This document shows positions 19,290 through 28,090 of a stretch of 64,000 nucleotides of DNA, piece after piece. This DNA comes from an uncultured archaeon (GTDB taxonomy: Archaea > Asgardarchaeota > Heimdallarchaeia > Heimdallarchaeales > Heimdallarchaeaceae). The notes beneath the pieces were generated by a model. That model was not told the DNA's origin and searched no databases. It worked only from the letters and a program-made list of their open reading frames with translations. The stretch covers positions 1 through 64,000 of the forward strand of contig CAZJUB010000006.1 in NCBI GenBank assembly GCA_964549075.1. Direction: 5' to 3'. Position 1 is the stretch's first letter; each line of letters starts with the position of its first letter. The position numbers and the translations under genes were made by a program.

Positions 19290-20276
19290 ATGAGTAATGT
19301 GAAATCAATTATGTGTCCAAATTGCAATGCTCCATTAGAGATGGAAGCTACTCAATCCCATGTAACCTGTCCGTATTGTAATGTTACAAGTGAATTAAAG
19401 GAAGTTTCTGAATTAGTTGAACATTATATGTTACCAGTAAGTTATGATGTCTCTCAAATAAGAACAGAACTCATTGGAGATATCCTAAAACACCCAGGTG
19501 TTCCTGAAGATTTACATAATTCTCTAGAATTCACTAAAATTGATCTGAAGTTCTATCCATATTACATTGTAACAGTTCATCTTAGAACAGAATACAAAGG
19601 GAATGGAGAATATGCTACTTTCAGTAACAGATACAAATCAGGATATCGTAATATAAGTACACACCTGAAACCAGAACAAGGTGTTTTTGATGATACAAGA
19701 GAATTCATAATTTATTCTGCTGAAGAAGTAAATAATGATTTATTAAATTTTGAAATATCAACTAGAGGAAAAAGATATTTTCAAGCTTTAGAAGCTGAAA
19801 AAGTTAAAGCAGACGTAGTTCCAAGTATTTTCAATCTAGATCAAGCAAAAGAAGAAGCTATATCAAATATGCGAGAGATTCATAAAGGACTGATGATGAA
19901 AGAGCTCGCACAAATTCTTGAAGTAAGAGATAAACCTGATATTGAAGGAGTATATTTATTGCATATACCATTTTATATACTTACATTCAAAGCAGGTAAG
20001 AAAGAATACACTGCTATATTGGATGCTGCAACTGGTAGAACTGTAATTACACAAATTCCGAGAGAAACATCCTATTGGATGCAAGTTGGAGTGTTAACAA
20101 CAATTTTTGGAGCTGTTGGTTTAGCTGGTATTTACTTCGTCATTCAAAATACCCTTAGCCTTGGTTACTTCGGAATTTTTGGTGCAATTGCTGGCTTGAT
20201 TTATGCTGCTCGTACGTTACAACTTGGTCTGAAATCAAGATATACGGAAACTCAGAGAAATAAGAAAAGGAGATAA
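19290..20276 (+). CDS. Zn-ribbon membrane protein (2 C-terminal TM), paralog 2
   Basis: CPNC...CPYC, FYPYY, HIPFY.....Y...LDA.TG; same length (328 aa) and layout as the upstream gene. Confidence 0.75.
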   Translation: MSNVKSIMCPNCNAPLEMEATQSHVTCPYCNVTSELKEVSELVEHYMLPVSYDVSQIRTELIGDILKHPGVPEDLHNSLEFTKIDLKFYPYYIVTVHLRTEYKGNGEYATFSNRYKSGYRNISTHLKPEQGVFDDTREFIIYSAEEVNNDLLNFEISTRGKRYFQALEAEKVKADVVPSIFNLDQAKEEAISNMREIHKGLMMKELAQILEVRDKPDIEGVYLLHIPFYILTFKAGKKEYTAILDAATGRTVITQIPRETSYWMQVGVLTTIFGAVGLAGIYFVIQNTLSLGYFGIFGAIAGLIYAARTLQLGLKSRYTETQRNKKRR

Positions 20277-20306
20277 TTATTTCTTTTCTCTTTTACCTTT
20301 TTATTT
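20277..20306 (+). terminator. Oligo-T terminator (putative)
   Basis: ttatttcttttctcttttacctttttattt after the stop codon. Confidence 0.4.
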
Positions 20307-20333
20307 AAAAATATAAAGAATCTTTAATTTAAT

Positions 20334-21068
20334 ATGAATGAAGAGATTCCTATTTTCTTTGACTTTGGTGGAACTTTAGTGGACACAGTTGAAGTAACTC
20401 GTAGAGCATTTAATGAAGTTTTAGGAACAGATTATTCTACAGAAGATATCAAGAATATGTACAAGGATGCTTCACAAAAAAGACAAAGTATGTCTTTATT
20501 ATTCAAGTATAAGGTTAATCCTGCAAAACTAGCTTTAAGACAGAAAAAACTCAGAGAAATGCAGAAACAACTTTTTTTAGAAACGATAGAACTCAATGAC
20601 CAGTTCAGAGAGATTCTCTATAAAATTAAGAGACTTGATCCAAGAATTAGTTTGATTTTAGTCACCCAAAATCCTATGATGGAAGATGAGGAATATTCTA
20701 GTAAAGCAATGAGTAAATTGTTTGGGGATAGGAACCCTTTCGATTCCATTCTTGCCGGTGAAGATAAGTTTCAACTCATTGTCTATAACTATGATCCTGA
20801 TATACTTGCAAGAGGAGTATTAATAGGGGATTTACCAAATGATGTTTATGTTGCAGAAATGTTAAAGATTCCTTGTTTTGGAGTTACATGGGGATATTCA
20901 GAAGAAGAAGAACTTCAAACACCATTCATTGTTGATAGTATAGATGAGCTGTACGAAATGGTTCAAGATCATATTGAAGATTTAAAAGAAGAAAAGAAAG
21001 CTGAAATAGAAGAAATCGAATTCGAGGATATTGACCTAGATTCTGATGACTTTGAATTAATAAGCTAA
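20334..21068 (+). CDS. HAD-superfamily hydrolase (PGP/NT5-like) with acidic tail
   Basis: FDFGGTLVD, VTQN, IGD..ND and GVTWGY motifs. Confidence 0.82.
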   Translation: MNEEIPIFFDFGGTLVDTVEVTRRAFNEVLGTDYSTEDIKNMYKDASQKRQSMSLLFKYKVNPAKLALRQKKLREMQKQLFLETIELNDQFREILYKIKRLDPRISLILVTQNPMMEDEEYSSKAMSKLFGDRNPFDSILAGEDKFQLIVYNYDPDILARGVLIGDLPNDVYVAEMLKIPCFGVTWGYSEEEELQTPFIVDSIDELYEMVQDHIEDLKEEKKAEIEEIEFEDIDLDSDDFELIS

Positions 21069-21070
21069 AC

Positions 21071-21394
21071 TTAATCTTCTAATTCCAAAACTTCTTTTGC
21101 TACTTTCTCTGCTATTTCTGCAAGTATTTCCTTATTTTTATCAATAATTTCTTGAGCTTGCTTCTTAGCATCTTTAATGAGTCTCTCATATTTACTGCCA
21201 TCTTTTGCTTCTTCTATCCTATGTTTTAATATCTCTCTTGCATCATTTTTAGCGCTTTCTAATCTTCTTACTTTATCACTTTGAGCCTTTTCAATTAATG
21301 TTGCTGCAGCTTTCTCAGCTTCCTTTGTTTTTAATTCAGCATGTTGTTCAGCAACCTTTATTTGCGTTATTATTTCTTGTTCCTTAGATGGCAC
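21071..21394 (-). CDS. atpH: A/V-type ATP synthase subunit H(G), peripheral stalk
   Basis: EII.QIK.AE..A....EA heptad-charged helix typical of subunit H/G; AGGTGA RBS 5 nt before GTG at 21394; adjacent to other ATPase genes. Confidence 0.72.
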   Translation of the reverse strand: MPSKEQEIITQIKVAEQHAELKTKEAEKAAATLIEKAQSDKVRRLESAKNDAREILKHRIEEAKDGSKYERLIKDAKKQAQEIIDKNKEILAEIAEKVAKEVLELED

Positions 21395-22443
21395 AAATTT
21401 CACCTGATATCTCTTTTTTAGTAAGTTATGTGAGAGGTCAGCATGCAAAGTTACTCTCTACAGAAGACTTTGAAAATTTAATAAATAAACCTTACGAAGC
21501 CTTCATCAACGATCTAATGTCTTTTGAAATAGGTGAGATTCTACGATTTATACCATCTTCTAAGTCCCATGAAATAGAACGTTTCCTAACTCGCAGATTA
21601 TTGGATCAATATTCGTTTATCCTAAATAATATCCCAGTAATTTTCCGAAAATTTATCGAAGCTTATACCACCAAATTTGAGGTAATTAATTTACAGAGAA
21701 TTACACGATATTTATTCTCAAAAGCAGATGTTGATCTAAAAGAAGCTATAAATCTCCGTCCTCAAGAGATGCTTGGGAGAACTGCTTTTATTGCTAAATT
21801 GCTCCAATGTAAAGATTTAGGGGAGTTTCTAGATGAATTAACAAAAACAGAATATAAAAATGAAATTGAAGTTGCTGAGAAAATTTACTCAACAGTTGGA
21901 GATATCTGGCCTTTAGAATTTGCTTTTGAAACTTTTTATATTAAAAAAATGCTTCAAGAAGCTAATAAGCTCAAGTATAATAATAAGAAAGATGCATTAA
22001 GATTTGTTTACTCTGAACTCTTAATAATCTTAATCCTTGTAATTCTAAAAGCTGATTTTGTTGAAGTGGATATTAAAGAAGCTTTGCAACTTATACCTAT
22101 TCCAAAAGATTTCCCTTACAAAAGACAAATATCTAAAATGATTTCAGATAATGTTTTAAAAACTGATTTAGAAGTATTAAAATCACTCAAATCGACTAAA
22201 ATAGATGATGGGATTAAAAAATATGAAGATGACAAGATGTTCTTACATATGGAAATTGCTGTTAGAGCTTTTCAGTTAAATTATCATCGTAAATTATTTT
22301 ACAAGGATTTTGGAATACTAAGCATTTTAAGTTATCTTAAACAATATGAAACACAAATACAAGATTTGAATAAATTGCTGTATTTGAAAGAGTACAAGTT
22401 CCCTGTAGAGAAAACAAAGGAACTTATTGTTGATCTAATTTAA
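21388..22443 (+). CDS. atpC: A/V-type ATP synthase subunit C (d)
   Basis: VRG..AKLLS.EDF..L, FEV.NL..I.R, L.KTEY, ILSYL...E..I.DL; 351 aa. Confidence 0.82.
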   Translation: MAQISPDISFLVSYVRGQHAKLLSTEDFENLINKPYEAFINDLMSFEIGEILRFIPSSKSHEIERFLTRRLLDQYSFILNNIPVIFRKFIEAYTTKFEVINLQRITRYLFSKADVDLKEAINLRPQEMLGRTAFIAKLLQCKDLGEFLDELTKTEYKNEIEVAEKIYSTVGDIWPLEFAFETFYIKKMLQEANKLKYNNKKDALRFVYSELLIILILVILKADFVEVDIKEALQLIPIPKDFPYKRQISKMISDNVLKTDLEVLKSLKSTKIDDGIKKYEDDKMFLHMEIAVRAFQLNYHRKLFYKDFGILSILSYLKQYETQIQDLNKLLYLKEYKFPVEKTKELIVDLI

Positions 22444-22446
22444 TCT

Positions 22447-22938
22447 TCAAATCGTTGGAACTGTGACTATATTCAGTAGTATAAAAGCAATTAGTAATCC
22501 GTAAATTGCTAGAGCCTCTCCTAACCCAAGATAAATAAGGTTGGGTGTAAATACTTCTGAGTTTGCTGTAATTGAACCAATAGCAGCTGGTTCACCTTTT
22601 GCTAGTGTAAATGCTGCTCCAAGATTTGAAACAACCATGATGAACATTGCTGCGATGAAAATCCAACCATATTCAGGCCTGAATTCTGTTAGTTCATATG
22701 TTCCATCCAAGAAGGGTTGTATCTTAGTATACATAACAAAAGCAATCAGTAGACCATAAATTGCTAAAGCTTCTGCTAATGCGAGATAAATAAGAATGAA
22801 AATATTCAACCTTTGTTTCTCAGCAACAGCTGCTGCAGCTGCTTGAACTCCTTTAGAAAGAGGAATTCCAGCTCCAAGTATAGTTAACATAGTTCCTGCG
22901 ATACCAATAATCCCTAATATATATCCTTCAACTGCCAT
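22447..22938 (-). CDS. atpK: A/V-type ATP synthase proteolipid subunit K (c), duplicated 4-TM form
   Basis: Two hairpins, each with EALAIYGLLIAF. Confidence 0.92.
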   Translation of the reverse strand: MAVEGYILGIIGIAGTMLTILGAGIPLSKGVQAAAAAVAEKQRLNIFILIYLALAEALAIYGLLIAFVMYTKIQPFLDGTYELTEFRPEYGWIFIAAMFIMVVSNLGAAFTLAKGEPAAIGSITANSEVFTPNLIYLGLGEALAIYGLLIAFILLNIVTVPTI

Positions 22939-24967
22939 ATTTACTCAAATCCATTTTTTTGTTGAAAATGAAGATTGGCTTGTGTTGTATGCCACTACCT
23001 TCATAAAATTTACTGAAAAATTCATAAAAATGTAATCTTAAAGTTTGAACAAAAACCAATAATCCCTCTAGAACTAATACAAAGACATTTCCTATCACTA
23101 ATATTAAAATCTGAAATCCTATAAATGTAACTTGCATAGCTAATGCGTTGATAACACTTAGAAATACAACGTGAGCAACTAACATAGCTAGCATTCTTCC
23201 ATATGATATTGTGTTACTAATGAATGTACTGAAAGATTCTAGTAGATGAATCAAACCCATGCCAATACCACCAAAGAAACTTCGAACAATATTGCGTCTT
23301 CTTTTCTTGAAAAGTATACTAACAATACCTTGACCTAATAAAGCAAGCCCGACTCCAATAGAAACAGAAACCAAACCAACAAGTAGGAATCCTTTATTAC
23401 TAGGATCAATTCCTAAATTCAAAATTCCCAAAGAAGTCAAGAAATACAGAATTGCTGCATATAAGAAAAATTGTGCTGTTGTATCTTTAATTAGTTCATC
23501 AAATTCTTTACGTCTAATTTGATTAATTACTCTTAGAACTAATCCTAATATAACATGAATAGAACCAATGATAAGTGTTAAATTGAATACTTCTACTAAA
23601 TCGTTAACAGGTTCTAAAAACGGATACTTAAGACCAAAAATATACACAGGTCCAGTAATCCCTAGTAAATCTGTTAAATGAGCACCAAATGCTTCACCAA
23701 AAATGAATCCCATAATTGCAGAAGTTATTCCGACCATCATTACAAGGAGAAACATTCTTCTAATTCCTTTTTTAAGTCCTCTTGCAAGAATTCCCATTAA
23801 ACCAATAATAACAAGAATAAGCCCATGCCCTAAATCTCCAAACATGATTCCAAAGAAGATACTAAAGGTAAACACAAAGAAAATTGTTGGATCCACCTCC
23901 TTAGCTGAAGGTAAGCCATATAATCCAACAATGGATTGAAATGAATTCATTATAGGATTTTTTGCTTCAACAAAAGGAATATTCTTTATTTCTTCTTCTG
24001 GTCCATGAACAATTAAAATAGTTTCAGGAAAATCCTCTAAGGATTTTTCTAGGATTGAAAGATCTCTTTGGGCAATCCATCCTTGGATAACTACTGTTCT
24101 ACTAGTTGTTCTTGAAGAAACATATAAACGAAGTAGGTGTCCATAGCTTTCAATAGATAATTTTAATGCTATTATTTTTTCTTTATTATTTATAGCAAAT
24201 TGATTAATAGATTTTTCAAGTCCCTTTTTCTCATTTTGAATCTTTTTACATTCTTTAATTATTTCATCTTCAATCTCTGTTTTACTTAAATAAGCTGGAT
24301 CGTTGAGCTCATACAAGTACCATCTTACGATTGATAGATCTTTCAAAAGTTTTGAAATCTCACCCTTTCGACCTTGAGCAAAAATCATGAATTTGTTAGA
24401 AGCTAACGCTATTACTTCACTTTTTGTAATATCCTTGACAAATTCTTCAGCATCACTTTCTTTTGTTGTAGTAAGCACTCCTACAATTGTGCTCTCATTA
24501 GCTTTTACTTCATAAGGATATTCTTCTTCAAGAAGTCTAAAGCCTTTAGCAAGCAACTCATTCATACTTTCTTCTTCTTTTCTTTTTTCTAGTCTATTCT
24601 TCAAACCTTCAATTCCAGTTTTTAACTCAATTATTTGCTTGGTTAGATTCTCTTCAATTTTATTGATATCCTCCCAATTATCAAATAGCGGTGAAATTAA
24701 TGGCGGTTTTCTATAAGCTCTAGCTATTTTTTGACCAAATTTCTCTTTTGGTTCTGGAATGAAATCCAACAAATCTTTGTATGATATTTCTAAAGATCTT
24801 AATTTTTCTAATCGTGATGTAGGATAATAATCATCTAAATCTTCTACTGAGACATTGTCTTTTACCATCATTTTTTCAGTTTCAGCTATTTTAATGATCA
24901 TTTTTGAAAAGTCTTCTTTAGGACTTATAATTGTAGCTTCTAACATTTTAGCTGGAAACAGACCCAT
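22928..24967 (-). CDS. atpI: A/V-type ATP synthase subunit I (a)
   Basis: YGLP...EVDPT, FFGIMFGD.GHG, SY.R.LA..VAH, LRLHFYEFF.KFY.G.G motifs. Confidence 0.95.
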   Translation of the reverse strand: MGLFPAKMLEATIISPKEDFSKMIIKIAETEKMMVKDNVSVEDLDDYYPTSRLEKLRSLEISYKDLLDFIPEPKEKFGQKIARAYRKPPLISPLFDNWEDINKIEENLTKQIIELKTGIEGLKNRLEKRKEEESMNELLAKGFRLLEEEYPYEVKANESTIVGVLTTTKESDAEEFVKDITKSEVIALASNKFMIFAQGRKGEISKLLKDLSIVRWYLYELNDPAYLSKTEIEDEIIKECKKIQNEKKGLEKSINQFAINNKEKIIALKLSIESYGHLLRLYVSSRTTSRTVVIQGWIAQRDLSILEKSLEDFPETILIVHGPEEEIKNIPFVEAKNPIMNSFQSIVGLYGLPSAKEVDPTIFFVFTFSIFFGIMFGDLGHGLILVIIGLMGILARGLKKGIRRMFLLVMMVGITSAIMGFIFGEAFGAHLTDLLGITGPVYIFGLKYPFLEPVNDLVEVFNLTLIIGSIHVILGLVLRVINQIRRKEFDELIKDTTAQFFLYAAILYFLTSLGILNLGIDPSNKGFLLVGLVSVSIGVGLALLGQGIVSILFKKRRRNIVRSFFGGIGMGLIHLLESFSTFISNTISYGRMLAMLVAHVVFLSVINALAMQVTFIGFQILILVIGNVFVLVLEGLLVFVQTLRLHFYEFFSKFYEGSGIQHKPIFIFNKKMDLSKYGS

Positions 24968-24975
24968 TTTATCAC

Positions 24976-25620
24976 CTACTCAAATAATGATTCATTAATT
25001 TTTGTTCGTATTTTTTCTTTACTAACATCAAGAAGATTTTCTAGCGTATAGTCAATCCTAACCCTCTCTCGAACATCAGTAAGAATGAATCCACCTATTG
25101 TTTTGAGGGAAGATTTGTCTAAAGTACATTTTATCCCTTCATTTTTGAATAAATTATCAATGATTTTTGAGAAAATTTTGTTGTCCCTTTCATCTATGAA
25201 AATCTTAACTTCTTCTAATCGCATGTTTTTTGTGCCACGAAGTAATGTTTTATTGAGAAATGTCTCATATTCTTTTGTTTTTCTAAAATCACCAAATTCC
25301 TTTTCAATAATATCGTATACTTCATCTATTAGCATTTCTTTTGCTTCTATTATGATTTTACGTGCTTCTTGTTGATATTCTGTCTCCGTTCTTTTCTTAA
25401 GAAAATCGATACGAGATGTCTCTTTAGCTAATTCTTTTTCCTTCACTTCTTCAACTAATTTTTGTGTCTCTTTTTCTATCTCTTCAAGTTTGAGTTTAGT
25501 ATTATTTTGAATATTCTCTATTTCTTTATCAGATTCATCTTGAATCTTTTTCAATAAATTAGTTAAAGCTTCATTGCCAAATTTTTCAATTTCTTTTTCT
25601 TTTGTTGGAATCTCAATCAC
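24976..25620 (-). CDS. atpE: A/V-type ATP synthase subunit E
   Basis: N-terminal coiled coil and C-terminal IGGFIL......IDYT...L. The true start may be ATT at 25611. Confidence 0.85.
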   Translation of the reverse strand: MIEIPTKEKEIEKFGNEALTNLLKKIQDESDKEIENIQNNTKLKLEEIEKETQKLVEEVKEKELAKETSRIDFLKKRTETEYQQEARKIIIEAKEMLIDEVYDIIEKEFGDFRKTKEYETFLNKTLLRGTKNMRLEEVKIFIDERDNKIFSKIIDNLFKNEGIKCTLDKSSLKTIGGFILTDVRERVRIDYTLENLLDVSKEKIRTKINESLFE

Positions 25621-25621
25621 C

Positions 25622-26050
25622 TCATACAGGAAACATTAAAACTGGTATATCTGACAATTCAATCACATATCTCACATGATTTTTGATTAACCTTTTTGTT
25701 ATAGATTCTCTTCTTGTTCCCATCACAATAAATTCCACATTTTCCCTTTTTGCAGTTTCAATTATTTTGTCTGCTATAAGACCTTTCAACAATTCAGTTG
25801 TTATATATAAATGAGTGTCAGAGTATTCTAAGATCAATTTTTGCAATATGTTCTCATTTTCATGTTGATTTTCTTCAAGAACTTCTTCCAAGGTTTTTCC
25901 TTTATATATTGCTAATTGTTCAAGATTTTGTTTGTCAATTACATGTAAAAGATGAACCTCTGTTATACAGTCGTCTAAAAATTCTATGAGTTGCTTGATT
26001 AATTCTGAGCCACTTTCAAAATCACCAATAGCAACTAACGCTTTTTTCAT
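25622..26050 (-). CDS. Universal stress protein (UspA family)
   Basis: K.LVA.G, LLHVID, G..ADKII..A....V.FIVMG, V......IPVL motifs. Confidence 0.88.
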   Translation of the reverse strand: MKKALVAIGDFESGSELIKQLIEFLDDCITEVHLLHVIDKQNLEQLAIYKGKTLEEVLEENQHENENILQKLILEYSDTHLYITTELLKGLIADKIIETAKRENVEFIVMGTRRESITKRLIKNHVRYVIELSDIPVLMFPV

Positions 26051-26053
26051 CTA

Positions 26054-26692
26054 CTACAACCTCTTTTGCTTTTTTTCTTTTAATTTTTGTTTTAATTTTT
26101 TAATAGTGTAAATATTCTCTAATTCGTAAGCTTCCAAGGCTTCATCAATATATTTTATGATGTTCTGAAATCTGACCAAGTAAATTTTGTCCAGAGCATT
26201 TAGGTTGAGTTGTATAGATTGAAGACTTCTTATTATTCTATAAGCAAAATTCTCAATTTCAGCAAGTTGAACTAGCAATGTAAATGTGTCCCGAAATTTT
26301 CGAGCAGTTACCCATAATAAGCTAGAAATACCAAAAAATCCGTATGATGGTTCAGGGATTTTTTTCAGGTCTAATTCATTGAATTGAACACCCATATATT
26401 CTACTGGTTTTGTACCTACCTCAACATCTTTAGGGATAGTTTCACTAAATACATTAACCATATCTTTCCCAAGCTCTGATTCTGTTTTAATATATTCAAT
26501 ATATGATTCACTAAGATTTTTTTCCATTCTTTCTCTAAGAGATATAGCTTCAGCTGTAATTATGTGGAGTTTCATAAGTAAAGCTTCATATTTTTCTCTT
26601 AATAATTCATATGCTCTTTTAACCAATTGTAATTTCTTTTTGTATTTCAAAAGATTGTCTTTTGTAGGAGGAACATCTATCATTTGCCTCAT
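26054..26692 (-). CDS. atpD: A/V-type ATP synthase subunit D
   Basis: PTK.NL...K..L....RAY.LL..K, LAE.E, NALD..Y motifs. Confidence 0.92.
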   Translation of the reverse strand: MRQMIDVPPTKDNLLKYKKKLQLVKRAYELLREKYEALLMKLHIITAEAISLRERMEKNLSESYIEYIKTESELGKDMVNVFSETIPKDVEVGTKPVEYMGVQFNELDLKKIPEPSYGFFGISSLLWVTARKFRDTFTLLVQLAEIENFAYRIIRSLQSIQLNLNALDKIYLVRFQNIIKYIDEALEAYELENIYTIKKLKQKLKEKKQKRL

Positions 26693-28083
26693 GATTCTTC
26701 CTCCTTCATATGAACTAAATAATTTTTTATTAACTCTTCAGAGACTTTATTTAATTCAGACTCTGGTAATTGAGATAATAGAGACCATCCAATTTTAAGT
26801 GACTCCTCTATAGTTCTGTGGCTGTCACCTTGGTTTACGAAGATTTCTTCAAATTTCTCTGAAAAACTAAGTAAAATTTGATCTATACGATTTAATTCTT
26901 TTTTTCCAATAACTTCTGCTAGTTTTCTTTTATCTAAACCTTCAGCGTAGGATGCATAGAGCTGGTCACTAAGTGAAGGGTGATCTTCTCTTGTATAACC
27001 TTTGCCAATTCCATCTTTCATCAATCTTGATAAAGATCCTAAAACGTCAATGGGAGGATAGATTCCTCTATTATGCAAAGATCTATCCAATATGATTTGC
27101 CCCTCAGTTATATAACCAGTTAGATCTGCAATTGGGTGTGTTATATCATCATTAGGCATAGTGAGATTTGCAAGTAAGGTGATACTGCCTTCTGCACCTT
27201 CAACAATACCTGCCCTTTCATATATAGAAGCAAGATCACTATACATATAGCCAGGAAAACCTTTTCTTGAGGGAACTGTTTCTAATGCTACTGATATTTC
27301 TCGTAAGGCTTGACAATAATTTGTTATATCTGAAAGAATTACTAGTACGTGATAATCTTTGTCAAAAGCAAGATATTCTGCAATAGTTAATGCGACTCTT
27401 GGTGTCAGTAGTCTTTCTGCAGCTGAATCACTAGCTAAATTTGTAAACATAATTACTTTGTTTAGGGTACCTGTTTCTTTGAACAATCTCTGGAAATAAA
27501 TGTAATCATCCATAGTTAACCCCATAGCACCAAACACAATAACAAATTTCTCATTTTCTGTCTGTCTTGCTATTTGAGCTTGTTTAACAATTTGCCCTAC
27601 AAATTGATTGTTTGGTAAACCCGCACCTGTAAAAATAGGTAATTTCTGACCTCTTACTAATGTATTCATTATATCAATACTGGAGATTCCTGTTTCGATA
27701 TAATTTCGTGGATATATTCGAGAGGTTGGATTAATGGGCTCACCGTTGACATCTCTATAATCTTCAGAATAAATACTTGGTAATCCATCCAGCGGTTCTC
27801 CCAGAGAATTAAAAATTCTTCCAATCATATTTTCCGAGACAAATAATTGCATTGTTCGACCTGAGAACATAGTTTCAACTTTGTCTTTATCTATCTCATA
27901 TGTTCCTTGATAAAGTAATATGATAACTTTTCCTTCTTCAATTGCTAGAACTCTGCCTTTACGAACAGTTCCATTCTCTAAAATAACTTCAAGGTATTCT
28001 CCCATCTGTATCCCCGAGACACCTTCAACTATTATAAGTGGCCCTCGAATTTCAGATACACCTTTAACCGTTATTCTAGCCAT
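26689..28083 (-). CDS. atpB: A/V-type ATP synthase subunit B
   Basis: [52 protein letters not shown] supports start at 28083. Confidence 0.97.
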   Translation of the reverse strand: MARITVKGVSEIRGPLIIVEGVSGIQMGEYLEVILENGTVRKGRVLAIEEGKVIILLYQGTYEIDKDKVETMFSGRTMQLFVSENMIGRIFNSLGEPLDGLPSIYSEDYRDVNGEPINPTSRIYPRNYIETGISSIDIMNTLVRGQKLPIFTGAGLPNNQFVGQIVKQAQIARQTENEKFVIVFGAMGLTMDDYIYFQRLFKETGTLNKVIMFTNLASDSAAERLLTPRVALTIAEYLAFDKDYHVLVILSDITNYCQALREISVALETVPSRKGFPGYMYSDLASIYERAGIVEGAEGSITLLANLTMPNDDITHPIADLTGYITEGQIILDRSLHNRGIYPPIDVLGSLSRLMKDGIGKGYTREDHPSLSDQLYASYAEGLDKRKLAEVIGKKELNRIDQILLSFSEKFEEIFVNQGDSHRTIEESLKIGWSLLSQLPESELNKVSEELIKNYLVHMKEEES

Positions 28084-28090
28084 ATTAATA

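Noticed and set aside
20334-21068. HAD motif DFGGT as a sign of an inactive enzyme
   Set aside because: DxGGT variants of motif I are common in active HAD subfamilies, and the nucleophile Asp and GD motif are intact.
21395-21448. Longer N-terminus of subunit H (ORF track start 21448)
   Set aside because: The RBS-supported GTG at 21394 gives a typical subunit H start, and the extension lies in antisense atpC sequence.
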